Below, piece after piece: positions 1 through 13,500 of a stretch of 64,000 nt of DNA; position 1 is the first letter of the stretch, and each line of letters begins with the position of its first letter. Under the pieces are notes generated by a model. The model was not told the origin of the DNA. It worked only from the letters and a program-made list of their open reading frames with translations, and made no database searches. The DNA comes from Coniocarpon cinnabarinum (Eukaryota). The stretch lies in NCBI GenBank assembly GCA_051942205.1, contig JAVECO010000036.1, forward strand, positions 1 to 64,000, read 5' to 3'. Position numbers and translations under genes: made by a program.

Positions 1-1150
1 GTGCGTCAAGCGTGGGCGTGTGCGGCCACGAGGTGCCGGCAGGGACAGGAGTGCTCGGTTGAAGAGTCAGAGACCGAGACATGGCGCCTCGGCAGCTGGC
101 TCGCGTAAGATGGTCTGGGACACGCGGGTCTCGCGACACACCGCCAGTCCCGATACGTGCCCCAAGCCCTGACCCTGGCCGGCTGCGACGTGGGCATGGT
201 TGTGGTGGTCGTGTCATCAGAGATGGGTCGACGGATCGCAGACGGAGATGCTCGAGCGAGCAGAATGTTGGCATGATGCAACCGAATGGGCGGGGGGGCA
301 GATTTGGGAATGAAGGACATGTGTGATGATGAATTCATGGACGTTCACGGAACAGCACTGGGGCAAGACACGAATCTCCAGGAGCCTCCAGGACCAGGGC
401 CTTGTCTCAGGGCAAGACGCAAGCGTCGCCCAGGACAGCGTTGGGCGACTTGGAGCGTCGGTCGGCCATGTGATTTCGCCTCGAGACACCGCGCAGCGAT
501 CTTGCGACGAGGGGCTCGTGGGCTTTCCTCACAGATCGCTGCACTGTCGTTCACACAAGGCCCCTGCCCGTACTGATCATGTACCGTGCCCCCATGCACG
601 TCGTGTGTGCGCGCGTCTGCCCGCAGGTACAGCGAGATACGTAGTGCGTAGGTACGTCTCGGCGCCGTCAATGAGGTGAGTTTCGGGTACGTTAAGGGCC
701 CACCCCGCCTGGCGAACCGTCGAGCAGCCGTCTCCTGGTCCGCGATCCTTTCATTCGGCTGGTCCGTGTGCTGGCTGCTGGCTGGCTGCTGGCTGCGCGC
801 CGTGGATGGGCGTTACGGACCTGGTCGCCATGTTGCGCGGCATCTGCCTGCCTGCCATCACCCGCGTCGGGTCTAGCCTCCCGCGTGAAATCTCACAACG
901 TCCTGGTCTTTCACTCGTCTCTCGCCGCTCGTTCGCTGGTGTTGCCGCAGCGAGCGAATGACAAGACCGGGCTGTCCTTACCCACTGCCATTTGTTAGCC
1001 TTCTCGCCCTCCAGCACTCGGCCAGCACCAGCACCAGCACCAGCAGCGCTACATACCTCTGCGAGCGCGATGTGGAGCCGTGTGCTTCGTCCGTCGGGCT
1101 GGTGCGTCGCCTCGCGGGAGGGAAGGGCCACTACTCGTGCCACCGCGATG

Positions 1151-3417
1151 ACTTGGTGCTGGCGACGTAGGCTTATATCATCATCATCATCACCAGCGGC
1201 AGCAGCGACAGCCCCTTGGCATCATTGACCCATTGACGTCGACCTTTGCCGGTCCCAGTATTGTTATTACTTCACCAACACAAGACAAATTCAGCCTTGC
1301 ATCTGTTCTTTCTTTTTCCCTCTTTTCCATCCTCACCTTTCTTCATTTGCTTTGAACTCATCCTTCCCGCCCATCATCATCACCATCACCAGAGAAACGT
1401 TGACCTGCATTGACGTTGCTCTTATTCCTTTCGGTAGCATCGGCATCAGCATCAGCTCTCTGCTTCTCCTCACCTCCTCACCGTCGACCTTGCGCGAGCG
1501 TGCACTCGTGGCGGCTACGCCCATCCCTTGATACGTCATCAGTATCACCTCCAACAGCTCATTTATCTGAAATTGCTCATCGTCGTTGGCCTGGCCTCAG
1601 CCGCGCCACGCCACGCCAGCGCCCAAAGGCAAAGGCCCACTCGTCGACTCCTCTGCTGCCCGAGCCGTGAGGAGCCCGTGCGGCGACGTCGACCAATCTC
1701 CTCCCCTCCCGCCGCCGCCGTCAGGCCAATCTCAGTTCTCACCGTGTCGGACCATTCGCCAAGCGCCCGCTGCTTGTCCCGTCTGGAAACCCACCGGTTC
1801 CTGCACGTTTACACCACGCGACCAGGCAACGCGCACGGCTCGGCGGGCTGCCTCTGACCCTGCACAAACCTTCCACCCCTTCCCTCTTTCTCACCACCGC
1901 CGACTCGCCGACGCCCTCTGCTCGCTGCACGCCCTTGCGAGCCTCGACTCACTCGCCAACACGCGACAGCAACTCCTCCCATCACCACCACCTCCACCAC
2001 CACCCTAGCCTCATCCTCCAGCCCAGCCCGACCCAGCGCAGTCCCTCCTTGCTCATAAATAATCTTTTCGCCCCCACGGCCACAGCTGACCGCATCGTCC
2101 CGTCCTCGTCATCCTTCACCTTCCCCTCGCGCTCCATCGTCGCGCTCACCCTCGCCGGACACGACACGGCGTCTGCCTCTGCCTCTGCCTGCGCCATCCT
2201 GCCTCCCCGACCCTGGATAAAAGCCAATTTGTGCTGACGCTAAGGGGAATCCGCCGCCGCCCGGTACATACCTTACCGCTCTCTCGCGCACCCTTCAAAC
2301 ACCACCCTCGCCCATCACATCCGCATCTCGCTGCTTTTGACACACCATTCATCCCATCAGCAGCCAGCAAATCCTTCCCGTCTCTGCTGCTGCTGCTGCC
2401 CTTAGCCAACGGCCCACCCGTCGCTGCTCCAAACTCTCCCACTCGACACCTCTCCCCCAGCCCGCCTCGAGGACACACCGCATCGGCCGTGGACTCGCCT
2501 TTTCCGCCAGCGAGCATCCAGGAAAAAGCATCGGCCACCACCTCGCGCCTCACTATCACCAACTCGTCTCTCTGCGCTCACCTCTGCTCAGCACGAGACC
2601 AAAACGGACCTGCCAGCCCAGCTTTCTCTCGACTCTCTCCCGCAGCCTGACGTCCTCTCTTCTCCATCCTTTCCCTTTTAAACTGTCCGCCTCGCTGCTC
2701 CCTCGACGACGCCCGATCTTCACGCGCCTCGAAGTCGCCAGAAGTACCTGCACCATCCAGCCACCAGCCTCACGTCTGACTGCCCATTTCTATTCTGGGA
2801 ACGTCACCGCGCGCTGCACACCGCTCCTTCCCACCTTACCGCCCGGCCGATCCAACGAACCTTTGTCGCCGCGCGTCCTTGTCCCAGCAGACTAGTCTCA
2901 CATCTATCTATCTCGGCCTCCCTCTCTATCCGTCGAGGCGGCTTCCACCGTCCCGTCTGGTACGCAGCAGCACGGCGAGACCGCCTGCGAGCGCCCAAGT
3001 ACCTCTACCTGCGAGCGTCTGGCGGGAGCGGTGCAGATCGTGCTTAACGCATGCGTCTAACAGGCGCCTCACCTCCTGCCAACTCAGACACTCACCAACA
3101 TCACATTCCTTCGGCACTCGCGTGGCAGACGATCTAGCACCCCGGCGTCTCACACACAACCATCTGGCCCACATCCTGACACCTGCACAGCACGCACACA
3201 CACACCCGCCGTCGCCTTACCGCCACGACGTACAGTAGTCTCTTGTCCTGCCTCTGGGAGTGCGCCCGGGGTCCCACGGTTCCACCCTCTCACACGCAGT
3301 CGCACAACACCCGCCTTGCGTCAGAGCTCAGGCTTCCGCCTCCAACCCGATTCCCGCGTCACACAGCAGAACTACATCTTCCCATCCTTGCCCACTTTTC
3401 TCCCTCGCCGCCATCTC
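1151..3417 (+). promoter_or_regulatory. Long pyrimidine-rich promoter/5' leader of the Zn2Cys6 gene, with a putative intron at 2960-3063
   Basis: C/T-rich + strand with no ATG from 1151 to 3050. TATA-like CATAAATA near 2054. Donor GTACGC at 2960, branch GCTTAAC near 3042, acceptor CAG ending 3063. Confidence 0.55.
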
Positions 3418-5017
3418 ATGTACCCAGCCGATGCTGCGTCCCTTGGCCAGAATCCGCAGAACCAGCAGCAGCAGCAGCCCTCTGCCCCTCCAGCAGCCTC
3501 CCGATCTTGGGATCCCCAGTACCCGCCTCACACTCAACAGCATCCCCCACCGGCGTATTCCTATCCTCCTCCTGCCAATAGCCACTACCATCACCAGCAG
3601 CAGCCACCTCCACCGCAGTCATCGGTGAACGGTACCCATCCACCCGGTCCTCGCGAAGCACAACAGTCGGTAAGTTCTACCCTCTTTCCCTTCCAGACCT
3701 CACTCCGAGCTGCACGTCTGCAACGGGCCCTCGGTTTGCTCTGTGACTCGACATCACGTGGGTCATTTCCACCTACGTTGTTGTTACACACGGCGCTGTG
3801 CGTAACTAACAGATTTTTCTTCCAATACAGGCTCCTCCTTCTGCTCCACCACCTCAGGCCAGACCGGATCGTCCCGAAATGGCTGCCATCCATCCTCAAC
3901 AGCATTATCCATATCCTCCTCAGCCTTACCTTCCAGCACCTGCCAATCTCTACCCTCCACCACAACATGATTACCGTGCGCCACCGCAGCAACCAGCGCC
4001 ACAGCCGCAGGTTCAGCAATCCGCGCCGCGACAGCGCACTGCAATAGCATGCAAGTACTGCCGCAGACGTAAGGTGAGCATGAGAGTGACCTAGTAACTC
4101 AGCGACGAAGGGCTCCATTCTGACCACATCCACAGATCCGCTGCTCTGGCTTCGAAAACTCCGAAGACGGTCGCTGCTCCAACTGCGTGCGCTTCAGCCA
4201 GGAATGTGTCTTCACGCCCGTATCTGCGCAGACTCAAGCCTTTGTGCCCGCACAAGCACTCTACAGACGATCTGCCGGGGGACCACCACCCCACGGCCCC
4301 CAGCAACTTTACGGTCCGTACGGCAATCGTCTGCCGCCACAAGATCCTCACGCATACCCTCCGCCGCCTCCTGGTCAACAGCCACAGTACACACTTCCCA
4401 GTCCTACAGCTGCGTACCCTCCACCAGGCCAGCCCTACCCCTACCCTCCGCCTCCACAAGGATATCCAGAGCCACCGTCTGCTGGGGGACGTCGACGGGG
4501 CCGAGAGGAGCCTCACACACCTAACGCGCCTCCACCGAATCCAGCTCAAGATTCACACATGGCCCATCGCGAATCCTATGGAGGTCCGCCCCCTCCCGGC
4601 TATCATTACCCAGATCCTCAAGGTCATCACGCCGGCTCTCCTCACGTGCCGCCGCCTGGTCAACCTGGTGCACCTCAACCCTACTACGCTGGTCAAGCTC
4701 CACCACGTCGTTCGTCTCCAGGATCCACGTCAGGTTACAGCTACGGCGATGCCAGTCGCAGCTCGCATTCTCCGCACGGCGCACCGCCATACTCTTACCC
4801 ACCGACAAGTGCCCCTGGTCAGCCTGGCTACGGTCAACCGCCCGCAACCGGGCCACAGCAGCGCAACTCGCCGTCTCATGGCTCTACTGAGCGTACCCGC
4901 AGTGGCATGAGCATCCACGATATGGTCTCGGGTGAGAACGGCGGACCCGGCAGTGGCGAGCGTAGCGCCGCAGATAGCAGTATGCTCTCTGCCCTCAATC
5001 GGCCAACTAAGCGTTGA
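3418..5017 (+). CDS. mcrA: Zn(II)2Cys6 transcription factor, McrA-like (about 458 aa, P/Q/Y-rich). Exons 3418-3669, 3831-4073, 4136-5017
   Basis: Introns 3670-3830 (GTAAGT..CTAAC..CAG) and 4074-4135 (GTGAGC..CTGAC..CAG) join RQRTAIACKYCRRRK|IRCSGFENSEDGRCSNCVRFSQECVFTPVS, a complete C6 binuclear cluster. The Zn2Cys6 call is firm. The mcrA symbol comes from my recall of the Aspergillus motif and is tentative. Confidence 0.85.
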
Positions 5018-7483
5018 GCAACCAAGCTTTGACAGCATGAGCGCGACTTTGCGTAATCATGTTCACTGCGCATCGAGATGCGACCCTCAAACACACTCTC
5101 TCTCCGCTCAAATTGCCCACCGCATTACATCGCAACAAATCGAAATTGAGCCATCATGATCAAATTCATATTCCACGAACACCCTACTACAGCTTTTTAA
5201 TCAAGATCGATTCATCTCCTTTGTTCAAGCATGTCGGCCGCCTCTTTGCATGGCTTCAGCACAGCATCTCGGGAGGTATTCTGACTCTTTCATCCGTCGT
5301 CGACCGCGTTCCGCTTTTTTGTTGTTTAAAGATACCTCTGACTGCAAAGTCGTGTCGCGTTTATGGGTTTATCGTCTCGTCGAAAGAGGACTCCAGTGGT
5401 CCATCCACTCGGATCACTCCGGCGAGGCAAGGGATAGTAGGCAGGGACGGAGTCAGCCGCCCTTTGCTTGCCACGGTGCGGGCATCGCGGTTTGCTTGAG
5501 CGCTCCGAGGGCCAACGGTGGAGGAAAATGGGAAAGGGGGGGAAATTGTAATTGTAGACGACGAAGACTGTATTCTAAATGAATTTGAGCTTTACAAGAA
5601 TCTTCCGCTGCTTGTATGACACAAAACATCTTGTTGCGTGTCTTCCTGAGGCAACACTTTCGCTAAGATGTGCTGGGCATTTCGGCATATCAGGGATGAT
5701 GGAAACATGCTCGGCCTTCATAGCATTGCTCTTTACTTCAGAGCAATGATTGAATCTATAACGATGTAATTGCGATACTTGTGCAAGCTCCAGAGCCGGC
5801 CTACGACGGTTACCCTCCAAGGTATCTGTCTCCAGTGCTGCGATCTCATCCTGCCTGAGACCATACCTAGTGCACAGACCACCGCGCTGTAAACGCGTCA
5901 GTCAGCTCCGACAGGTCCGACATGTCACGTGTCTAGTGATCATATTCACATTCCTGCACTCATTTCACGATCGATCCTCGTCCTCCATGAGAGCGCTTAC
6001 AAAGCGACCGTTTTACACTGCTACTGGGCAGGGGCCATCATGTGTCTTCGATTAGTTGAGTGTGACGCATCATCTCTGCAAGTCTGAGTGCTGTGAGCTG
6101 CGAATGTTTGACTGCGCGTGTTGACTGGATGATGATACAGCATCATTAGCTTCGGAATTCAGATGGCGCACGACATAAAGAACATCGAGTGAAATGGAGC
6201 ATTGTTGACGTTAAGTTACGGATGACAGAACGGAGGGCAGACAGCTCTGAAGCCCCTCAAGGCGTCATGCTTGGATGCTTAGCTATCGATGCTTCGAAAG
6301 CCAGCACTGATTTATCATTAGATCGACTGGCTATAAACCCACTTGTTCCTACACGAGTGCGATTGGTGATTTTCTCCGACATAAATGCGCATGCGACATC
6401 TAAACAGCGCGGTCATGCCGAAGGGGCTCATTTCGAAGTCTTGGTTCTACTTGAGATTGTGTAAGATGAGTGCTAAGCTCGATGAGCTCGACGCAGTACC
6501 ACAATAATGGTGCAATTCATTATCAGCGCAAGAATACAAGATATCAAAGCCAAAACGCGACAAAAGCATGGAAAGAACGAGATCAAGCGTGAACCACCTC
6601 GTTATAGAGAAGTCAGTCTCAAGCCCCTCATTCTGATGACACACGCTTTCTTCAAGTCTCAAGGGCTTGGAGTTGTGTTTTCTGCGTCCTAGCGTTGCAC
6701 GCGAAGTGTGTAGTACTAACCACGCCCTCTTTTCCTGCCTATTCCTCTCCATACATGCGCATGCAAGACTTCGGTGTCTTGCAGGATTGCAAAGGCTACT
6801 GGCAGTTTACGGGAGCTCTGGCCAGGGTAAGACGCATGTGGTGAGTTCTTCGCAACAACTTCTTATCTTGAGTGGTGTGACGTGGGTGGTTGTGATGGGG
6901 TGACGATATACATCATTGGCTTGAAAAAATGATATGCTGAAGACGAGACAAGACACTAAATTCCAGAACTGAGTGTGCAAAGACGTCGAAAGATGCTGTG
7001 AACAGCGCAGCCCCTGGAGCACGAGTCCAAAGTGAGTGTTATGCTCAGCATACAAGCTTGAGCTCCGAATTCCGGTGGAAAATTCTCAGCTCTGATAACA
7101 AGATGTGCATGGAGTCTCTTGTTATAACTCGCACGCACCGAACTGTGTTATTGAAGTTTAAAGCCATGGCTCTATTAGAGGGAGACCTGGACGGTTGGTC
7201 GCTATAGGGGATCCAGACTATCATGCGTGATGCCCACCCGCGCGTGTTGAAAGCCTTGACGGTCGCGAGGATGTGACGGCGACGCCCGTTGTCAGCGCAA
7301 CTTTGCCACGTTTATAGAGACAAGAAACAAGAGGAATATGGAAAGATAGGAGATCGTAGATCGTAGAAGCAGTTCTAGGGCCCCTATATTTCGCAAAGTC
7401 ACGGTTTTTGTTGATGCTCGGATTGAGTGCCCGACTTGCGGTGCTTGCGCTTTTCTGAACGTATGTGCTCAGGCTGACTTTGC

Positions 7484-7558
7484 TCAAGTTGGACTCCTTC
7501 ATGCTAGACTCCTTCAAGCTAGATTCCTTCAAGCTAGATTCCTTCAAGCTGAGTTTCC
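7484..7558. repeat. 15-bp tandem repeat (TCAAGCTAGATTCCT), about 5 copies
   Basis: Units start at 7484, 7499, 7514, 7529 and 7544; they read KESSL repeats on the minus strand. Confidence 0.85.
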
Positions 7559-10500
7559 CTGCGATGACTTAAATATTTCTTCAAACCAATCTTGAGAGCT
7601 CTGCATGCGCAAGATATGTTGCTGAGTGTCACTTGCGATGGTTCACACAGAGGGGAAATATTAGATACACTTCAAAAGTATTCGAGGAGGCCGTAATGAG
7701 ATATGCTTGGCTTTCGGAATTAAATGAGATGATGAAGAGTATCAGCGAGTTAAGTTTGAGTTGCCGCATGAAAGAAGAGAACATGACGTGTATCCCAATG
7801 ACAGAAAAGAAAGCATGGCTGGTTCATAGCGCAAAGGCCGTACCTCGGATCCCGTCTGATGTTTGGGGAAGCAGATTCCTCGTTTTAATTCCGTTACCTC
7901 CTTGCTCTGGTGGTTACAAGTTGAACTCCCTTTCAGACCGATATCTCTTTGACATAGACGGGGATATCCTTCGATGAAGTGAACTCGTGAGACGTGAGCT
8001 GAGGACGATAAGATACTGGGCAGAGTGTGGAGGGGCAGCTTCAGTCATTCATTGAATGTCAGAGGAGCATAGGACGAGGTAAAGTCGGTTCTTACAGTAC
8101 AAGAGATAGTGAGTCGCATCAGCGCTTCAAGTACTCGCCAGCACACGAAAGCGAGAACGCGAAATCTCATAAGCAAAAAAGGGGGAGAAACGTCAGTTGA
8201 GTTGTAGAAGCAAACCAGCTGTTTCACCTAACTCGCGAGGCACTGTAACATAACGAGGATTGTAATTGACCTCTGACAGAAGACACATTCCTATGACCTC
8301 AACTTCAACTATTTCAATGAGCTGAGCCTCCTTGTTGAAAATCCTTTTTGGTACTAACAGTTTTTGATATAGGTCCTCTTCGATACGAATGCGCCCATGA
8401 GACAGTTCCGACTGGCGTCTGACTCAGCTATGGAGGGGCAGGTTTGAAGTCGCTGGGACTGGAGCTAAAGTATTATGATCGTTGAACCAAGGCCGCTGTA
8501 AGCTTGATTGCCTCGATGACATGATGGTGCACATCGTCAGCTTCGGTTCTCAAAGAGATCAAAGACAAGATTGCAATGAGAATGGAACCACAGCGATCGT
8601 TGCACAGGAGACGCAGCCTTGAGACCCCTGCGTCGCCGCGGAAATCTCACTGATGATATTCATGTGCTCTACTCTAGCTTCTGGTCTGTATTCTGACGCT
8701 CGGTACTTGTATTATGAACTGCCTCCGCAAGCATGTTTATTCTTTAAATGTATACGACGGCAAGGTCGCAAACATTAAAGTCATCCTTCGACATAGGGGT
8801 TCTTCGCAGTTTCGTGACGATGCAACAGCTTTGTTCTGAAGAGATGACACCGACTGTTGTACTTCGATCATGTCATGGAGATGTCGCTCAGCGCCATCAG
8901 ACGAATCAAAGCCAGCTACGTCTACGATAAACGCATCAACGTAGAAATTGATTGAAGCACACGAATGGCGCATAGACCCCTGTTGTGGGCTAAGGCGGCG
9001 TAAGTTTGGTGTCCTCGATTTAACGTTGACTAAGATCTCACTACTCATCAGGAACCACGAGAAACAGAGTATGAGTCGCTGTAAAGTAGAGTTTAAGTAT
9101 TCAGCTACTGGTTGAGGAAAGTTTGCGCTGAAAAGCTGAGTTTAAAGACCAAGGTGCCCTCCCTCTGCTGAGAAGATCGAATGGAGTACGGCACGCACAT
9201 TTATCCCAGAAACGGAAGAAGGACCTACAACGTGTGAGGGGTCATTCGGGCTCGTCACATTACGTGAAGCTGGCGAAGAGTGTGAATATGAGAACAAGAT
9301 GGTCTTTTTATAAATTAAAAGACGCTCGTTAAGGATTTTTCTCTCGAACTGTTGATGTGCATCGTGATGTCTTCGACGCAAAGGTTGGGACGAGGGTCTC
9401 GATTAAGGGGCCTCTTTGAAGGACTGTGTCGTTGAAGCATGTGGGTTCTGCGACTGGTATCTGATATCCAGATGGATGATGCGAGTGATGATGGTCATTA
9501 CTCTAGATCCACGCAGAGACGAGCGGAAGAAGTATGGAGACAGCGTGCGAAGACGGACGCGAAGGTAAGTTGAAGTATATAAGCGAGACCCGCGCCCCTT
9601 GGGGAAATACCTGCTGGTATCCGCTTGAACAATGGACTAACCTCGGAGATCACCAATCGCATGCTGTTACCTATTTGAACTTCCTTGATACTTGCGATAA
9701 CATTCATGCTGTCATCAAATCTCGCCAGAAGTGGGAGTTTTTGCGCCGGAGGGGTACATTTGCAGGATTACTGGCAGTCGGACATGTTGTTGAAGCATCT
9801 GTATCTTACGACTATAAGTATGTGATAATTGGATGACATGAGTGATGATGTCTTTCATCGTCGTAAAATCAAGGGCCTGAAGAGAGACGGAGGATGATAA
9901 GAGCATGAGAAGAAGCATGTACGGGCAGTTTGAAGTGCGCAAACAATACTAGTGCCTCTGCCAAGAAAGATCATCAAGAATTTGCTTTGACTAGGCTTGT
10001 ATTGGAGGTCAAAATTCTCACGCTTTTAATTACCTACGCGGTATTGCTCTTTGCAAGTGGCATTCATGATATCATCAAAAGCCACGATACATGACAATGC
10101 CGCGTCGGGAGGGGAAGTCTTGATCACGTCAGTCTTTCAGCTGCTACAAAAAGTGCGACTGTGATGCTTTGGCGAATGTTGTAGTCGTGTTCCAATGATG
10201 ATGATGCTCGTTATCAACACGACTTCGAATTCATGAAGATGCAATGGGAGTCAGATCAAGGGAACAAAGGTGTAATGGTGCTGAACGAGCAAAACAACGG
10301 TAGACCCCTATGGTGTACACAAGCGCACCGCGGGAAATGAAAGCCATATTTGACAGTCAAATTAGACTTAGGGACATACATTAAATATGCGCAAAGGTTC
10401 AAAAGCGCGAAAATTGAGGAATTTTCACTCAGACACGCTGACAACAGCTTTAATGTATCTCATCATCTCTTGTTAAAAGCACATGGTTACTCAGGCTCAG

Positions 10501-13500
10501 ACACGGACGATATTCACAACCTCCTAAAAAGAGTGAGATGCTACAAATATAGGGGCATTAAGCGTTAGAGCAATTTATTTCATGCTTTACTAACATCTTA
10601 GAGACCTGAGTATCAACTTGCCCAAACTGTTCAGATGAGCACAGTGCGATCGACGTCATTTTGAAGGGCATCGGACTCTCCAGACATAAAAATTTCATAT
10701 CTTTTGAGATCGAATAAGTGTATCGAACTTGATCAAGCTGCATGATGGTTATGTTGATCTTCATCATCCACAGTAGATATGATGGACATGAGAAGTGATC
10801 CGAGAGTGCGACGGAATTGGGAAGATTGCTAACTGCAGAAGCAATGCTAAGTTCCCCTAACGTCTTTTAAGGCCGCTCGACGATCTTGTCTAAAGCACTT
10901 GGACACAAAACAAAACTAGAGAGCACAAAGACGTGTCGGTTGGGAAGAAAAGGTGCTAGGCTGTCCATGGCATGTGACGATGCGCATGTGGCAAAGAGTA
11001 GACGACGGCACATATAACAGGGCTTGTGAGGGGATTTGGACTATTCTTCGGGGAGGCATTGGCTGAACTTGGAAGCATGCGTATTTAATGCCTTCCAGGG
11101 GCTTGTAGCCACTCCAAGCGACTAGAGTGATTACACTGTGTCAAGTGTGGATCTTGGTGTAGTTGGTTGAACAGGCATGATGGTAGTCATCATCATGCGA
11201 GATTCAAGAGACATGAGGTGGTAAAAGCATGTCGCAAATATTTGAAGGGGGTACTGGGTGTTGAAGCAATGAGAACCCCTATGGCAGCAGTCAGATCTGA
11301 ATGAATGTGCATTTCGAAAGCTTTTGCTAAGAGCTCAAAGAACCTCATAAACGTAGCTTAAGAAGTAAGTCCTATAATGATGGCATGTCAGATACCTAAG
11401 CATGCATTACCCTCGCGTTGGGACGGTAGCCTTGGAGTGTGCAGTGACATCGATATAAAAGCGCAAGAAATGTAAAGTCATTCCATAGATAGTAGCGCGA
11501 GCTGTTCGCAAACGCTAGGAAAGCCTTAAGGGAAATGGGGACTCAGAGGAATCACAGTCTTATCATTAGTGAAAGATCAGCGGATTTCGTAATAGTCTTG
11601 CTCCTATGAAATGCAACGATGATGCTCAGCATCAGTTGCGGCCGTATCGGATATGAAGATTTGTAAGACCACCTTCGGGACGGCATGTGAAGCTCACCGA
11701 AGTAAGCAGCAATGGAGAAGCCCCCCTGGCTTCCGAACAGTTTTTGGATTAGGAATTCGAAAGCCGTCTTTGAATGCCGAAGGAAACCCAAAGACGATGC
11801 CCAAGTATCTGCAATAATAGCAAGTCACATTATTCAAGCATACGTCACTCTGATGTTGGCACAGAGACGTTGACAGTACATGACCGTATTTTCATAGGAA
11901 CACAGGCATGGTGTGAGCTCTCCCCAAGGGAGGGACAAGGCTCAAGCCAGCCAAGTTGCATGGCACGATACAGGGGTATGAAATTTCTTTTTGGAGCGGT
12001 ATACATACCATCCTTGCAAAATCATATCGAATTGTACGTTGATTCCGATTAGCGAGTCAAGAAGCTATGATGATCTTTATCATAGATTGCAAATGCACCA
12101 GAGAAAAGAGACTACTAAAGCGTGTTTGAGAAATGTGAGAAAAATTTCGGGAAGAGAGAAAATACAAAAGCCCCTGGTCATCGTGTAGTAGCATTGTAGG
12201 CAATTTGAGCTCTTATAGGATACCTTCAGGAGCTGAAAATTGTTGGTTAAACGCTGTAGAGATAGCAACTTACACGTTCAAATAGTACACTACTCCAGCG
12301 CTGATAACACGGCTTTGGCGGTATGTGAGACTGTCTTAATAAGAGTATGGAAGTGGTTTGAGCTGTTTTGCGAGAATGATGGAAGACTTAGCTTGCGAAG
12401 CACTTTGCATTGCTGCTGTAATAGGGGCTTGAATTCTTCCATTTCTCGGAAGGAGTTCATTGTCAAGCTGTTGAGTGGTTATGCAGCGATCTTGCTTGTG
12501 TAACCGTGTGAGGTTGATGAACGATGATAAAGGATGACGATGCTCAACATCGCATGCCGGTCTGCCATGAATAAGAAGCAACGAAGGTGTGAGTGCAAGT
12601 GCTAGAACATGAATGGATTAGAGAAGCACCAGTGAAGCCCCGCAGGATTCCTTGTGCTCTCGTTGACATTTGCACCATCAATATGCTCAGATTACCAGCT
12701 CAACTCGGAAGCTCAACGAAAGGTGATATATAATCTTATAAGTGAGTAGACGCGGGTAGAGCATGTGCGAATCATCTACGAGGCTGCAACACGAGTCGTC
12801 GAGAAATATGTTAATGCTACAATTAAGCGTGTGACTATTTAAGACAGCAGACTTGTTCGCGCTGTTCTGCATGAGCAGAGACGAGATAAACTGGCATGCT
12901 AATAAGAGAAGACTTTAGGGCCTGAGAGACTTTAGAATCAGAACTGTATCCTGGCACGCAGTGCTGAGAGCATCCCACTTTGATGGAACAGGTCCTGTGA
13001 ATGTTGATCCAAACGATATTTGTGATGACGACAAGCGACACCAGACTTGATCAAGAGCGTTAATCTTTGCGCAATGATGCCTAGGAAAAATGGAATCGTG
13101 CCGATAAACGTCCCCTGAGATTCCTTTGAGTTGGGAGAGACTTGGACTGGAAATCAATATTGAAACTGTAGCGGTAAGCAATATACTATCGATAACTATA
13201 GCACGCAGCATACAGAGAAGGTATTTAGCAGCTCTTGATGCCATAGCACAGCACACCACATATTATATGAGTACTAATATTTGTAGTTTCAGGTGCTGGA
13301 AGAAGTTCAGTACGAGCACTTGAACATACGCTTCGACGCCGACTTAGGGGATCGTAACACCGATGATAATATGTTACGGACGCTACTTGGGGTTCTGCAC
13401 TTGTGCGCACGATTGAGTATCTTCAAGAATTAATGAGCTGTAGCATCAGCGCCTTTGTGACCTATCACTCTTCGAGAAATGAGCGTGACCACAGCAAGAC

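Noticed and set aside
1..1150. Multiple 60-130 aa ORFs
   Set aside because: GC-rich regulatory-type sequence with simple repeats; no coherent coding signal.
9170..9330. EGSFGLV, resembling a protein-kinase glycine loop
   Set aside because: No downstream VAxK, HRD or DFG motifs were found; too short to support.
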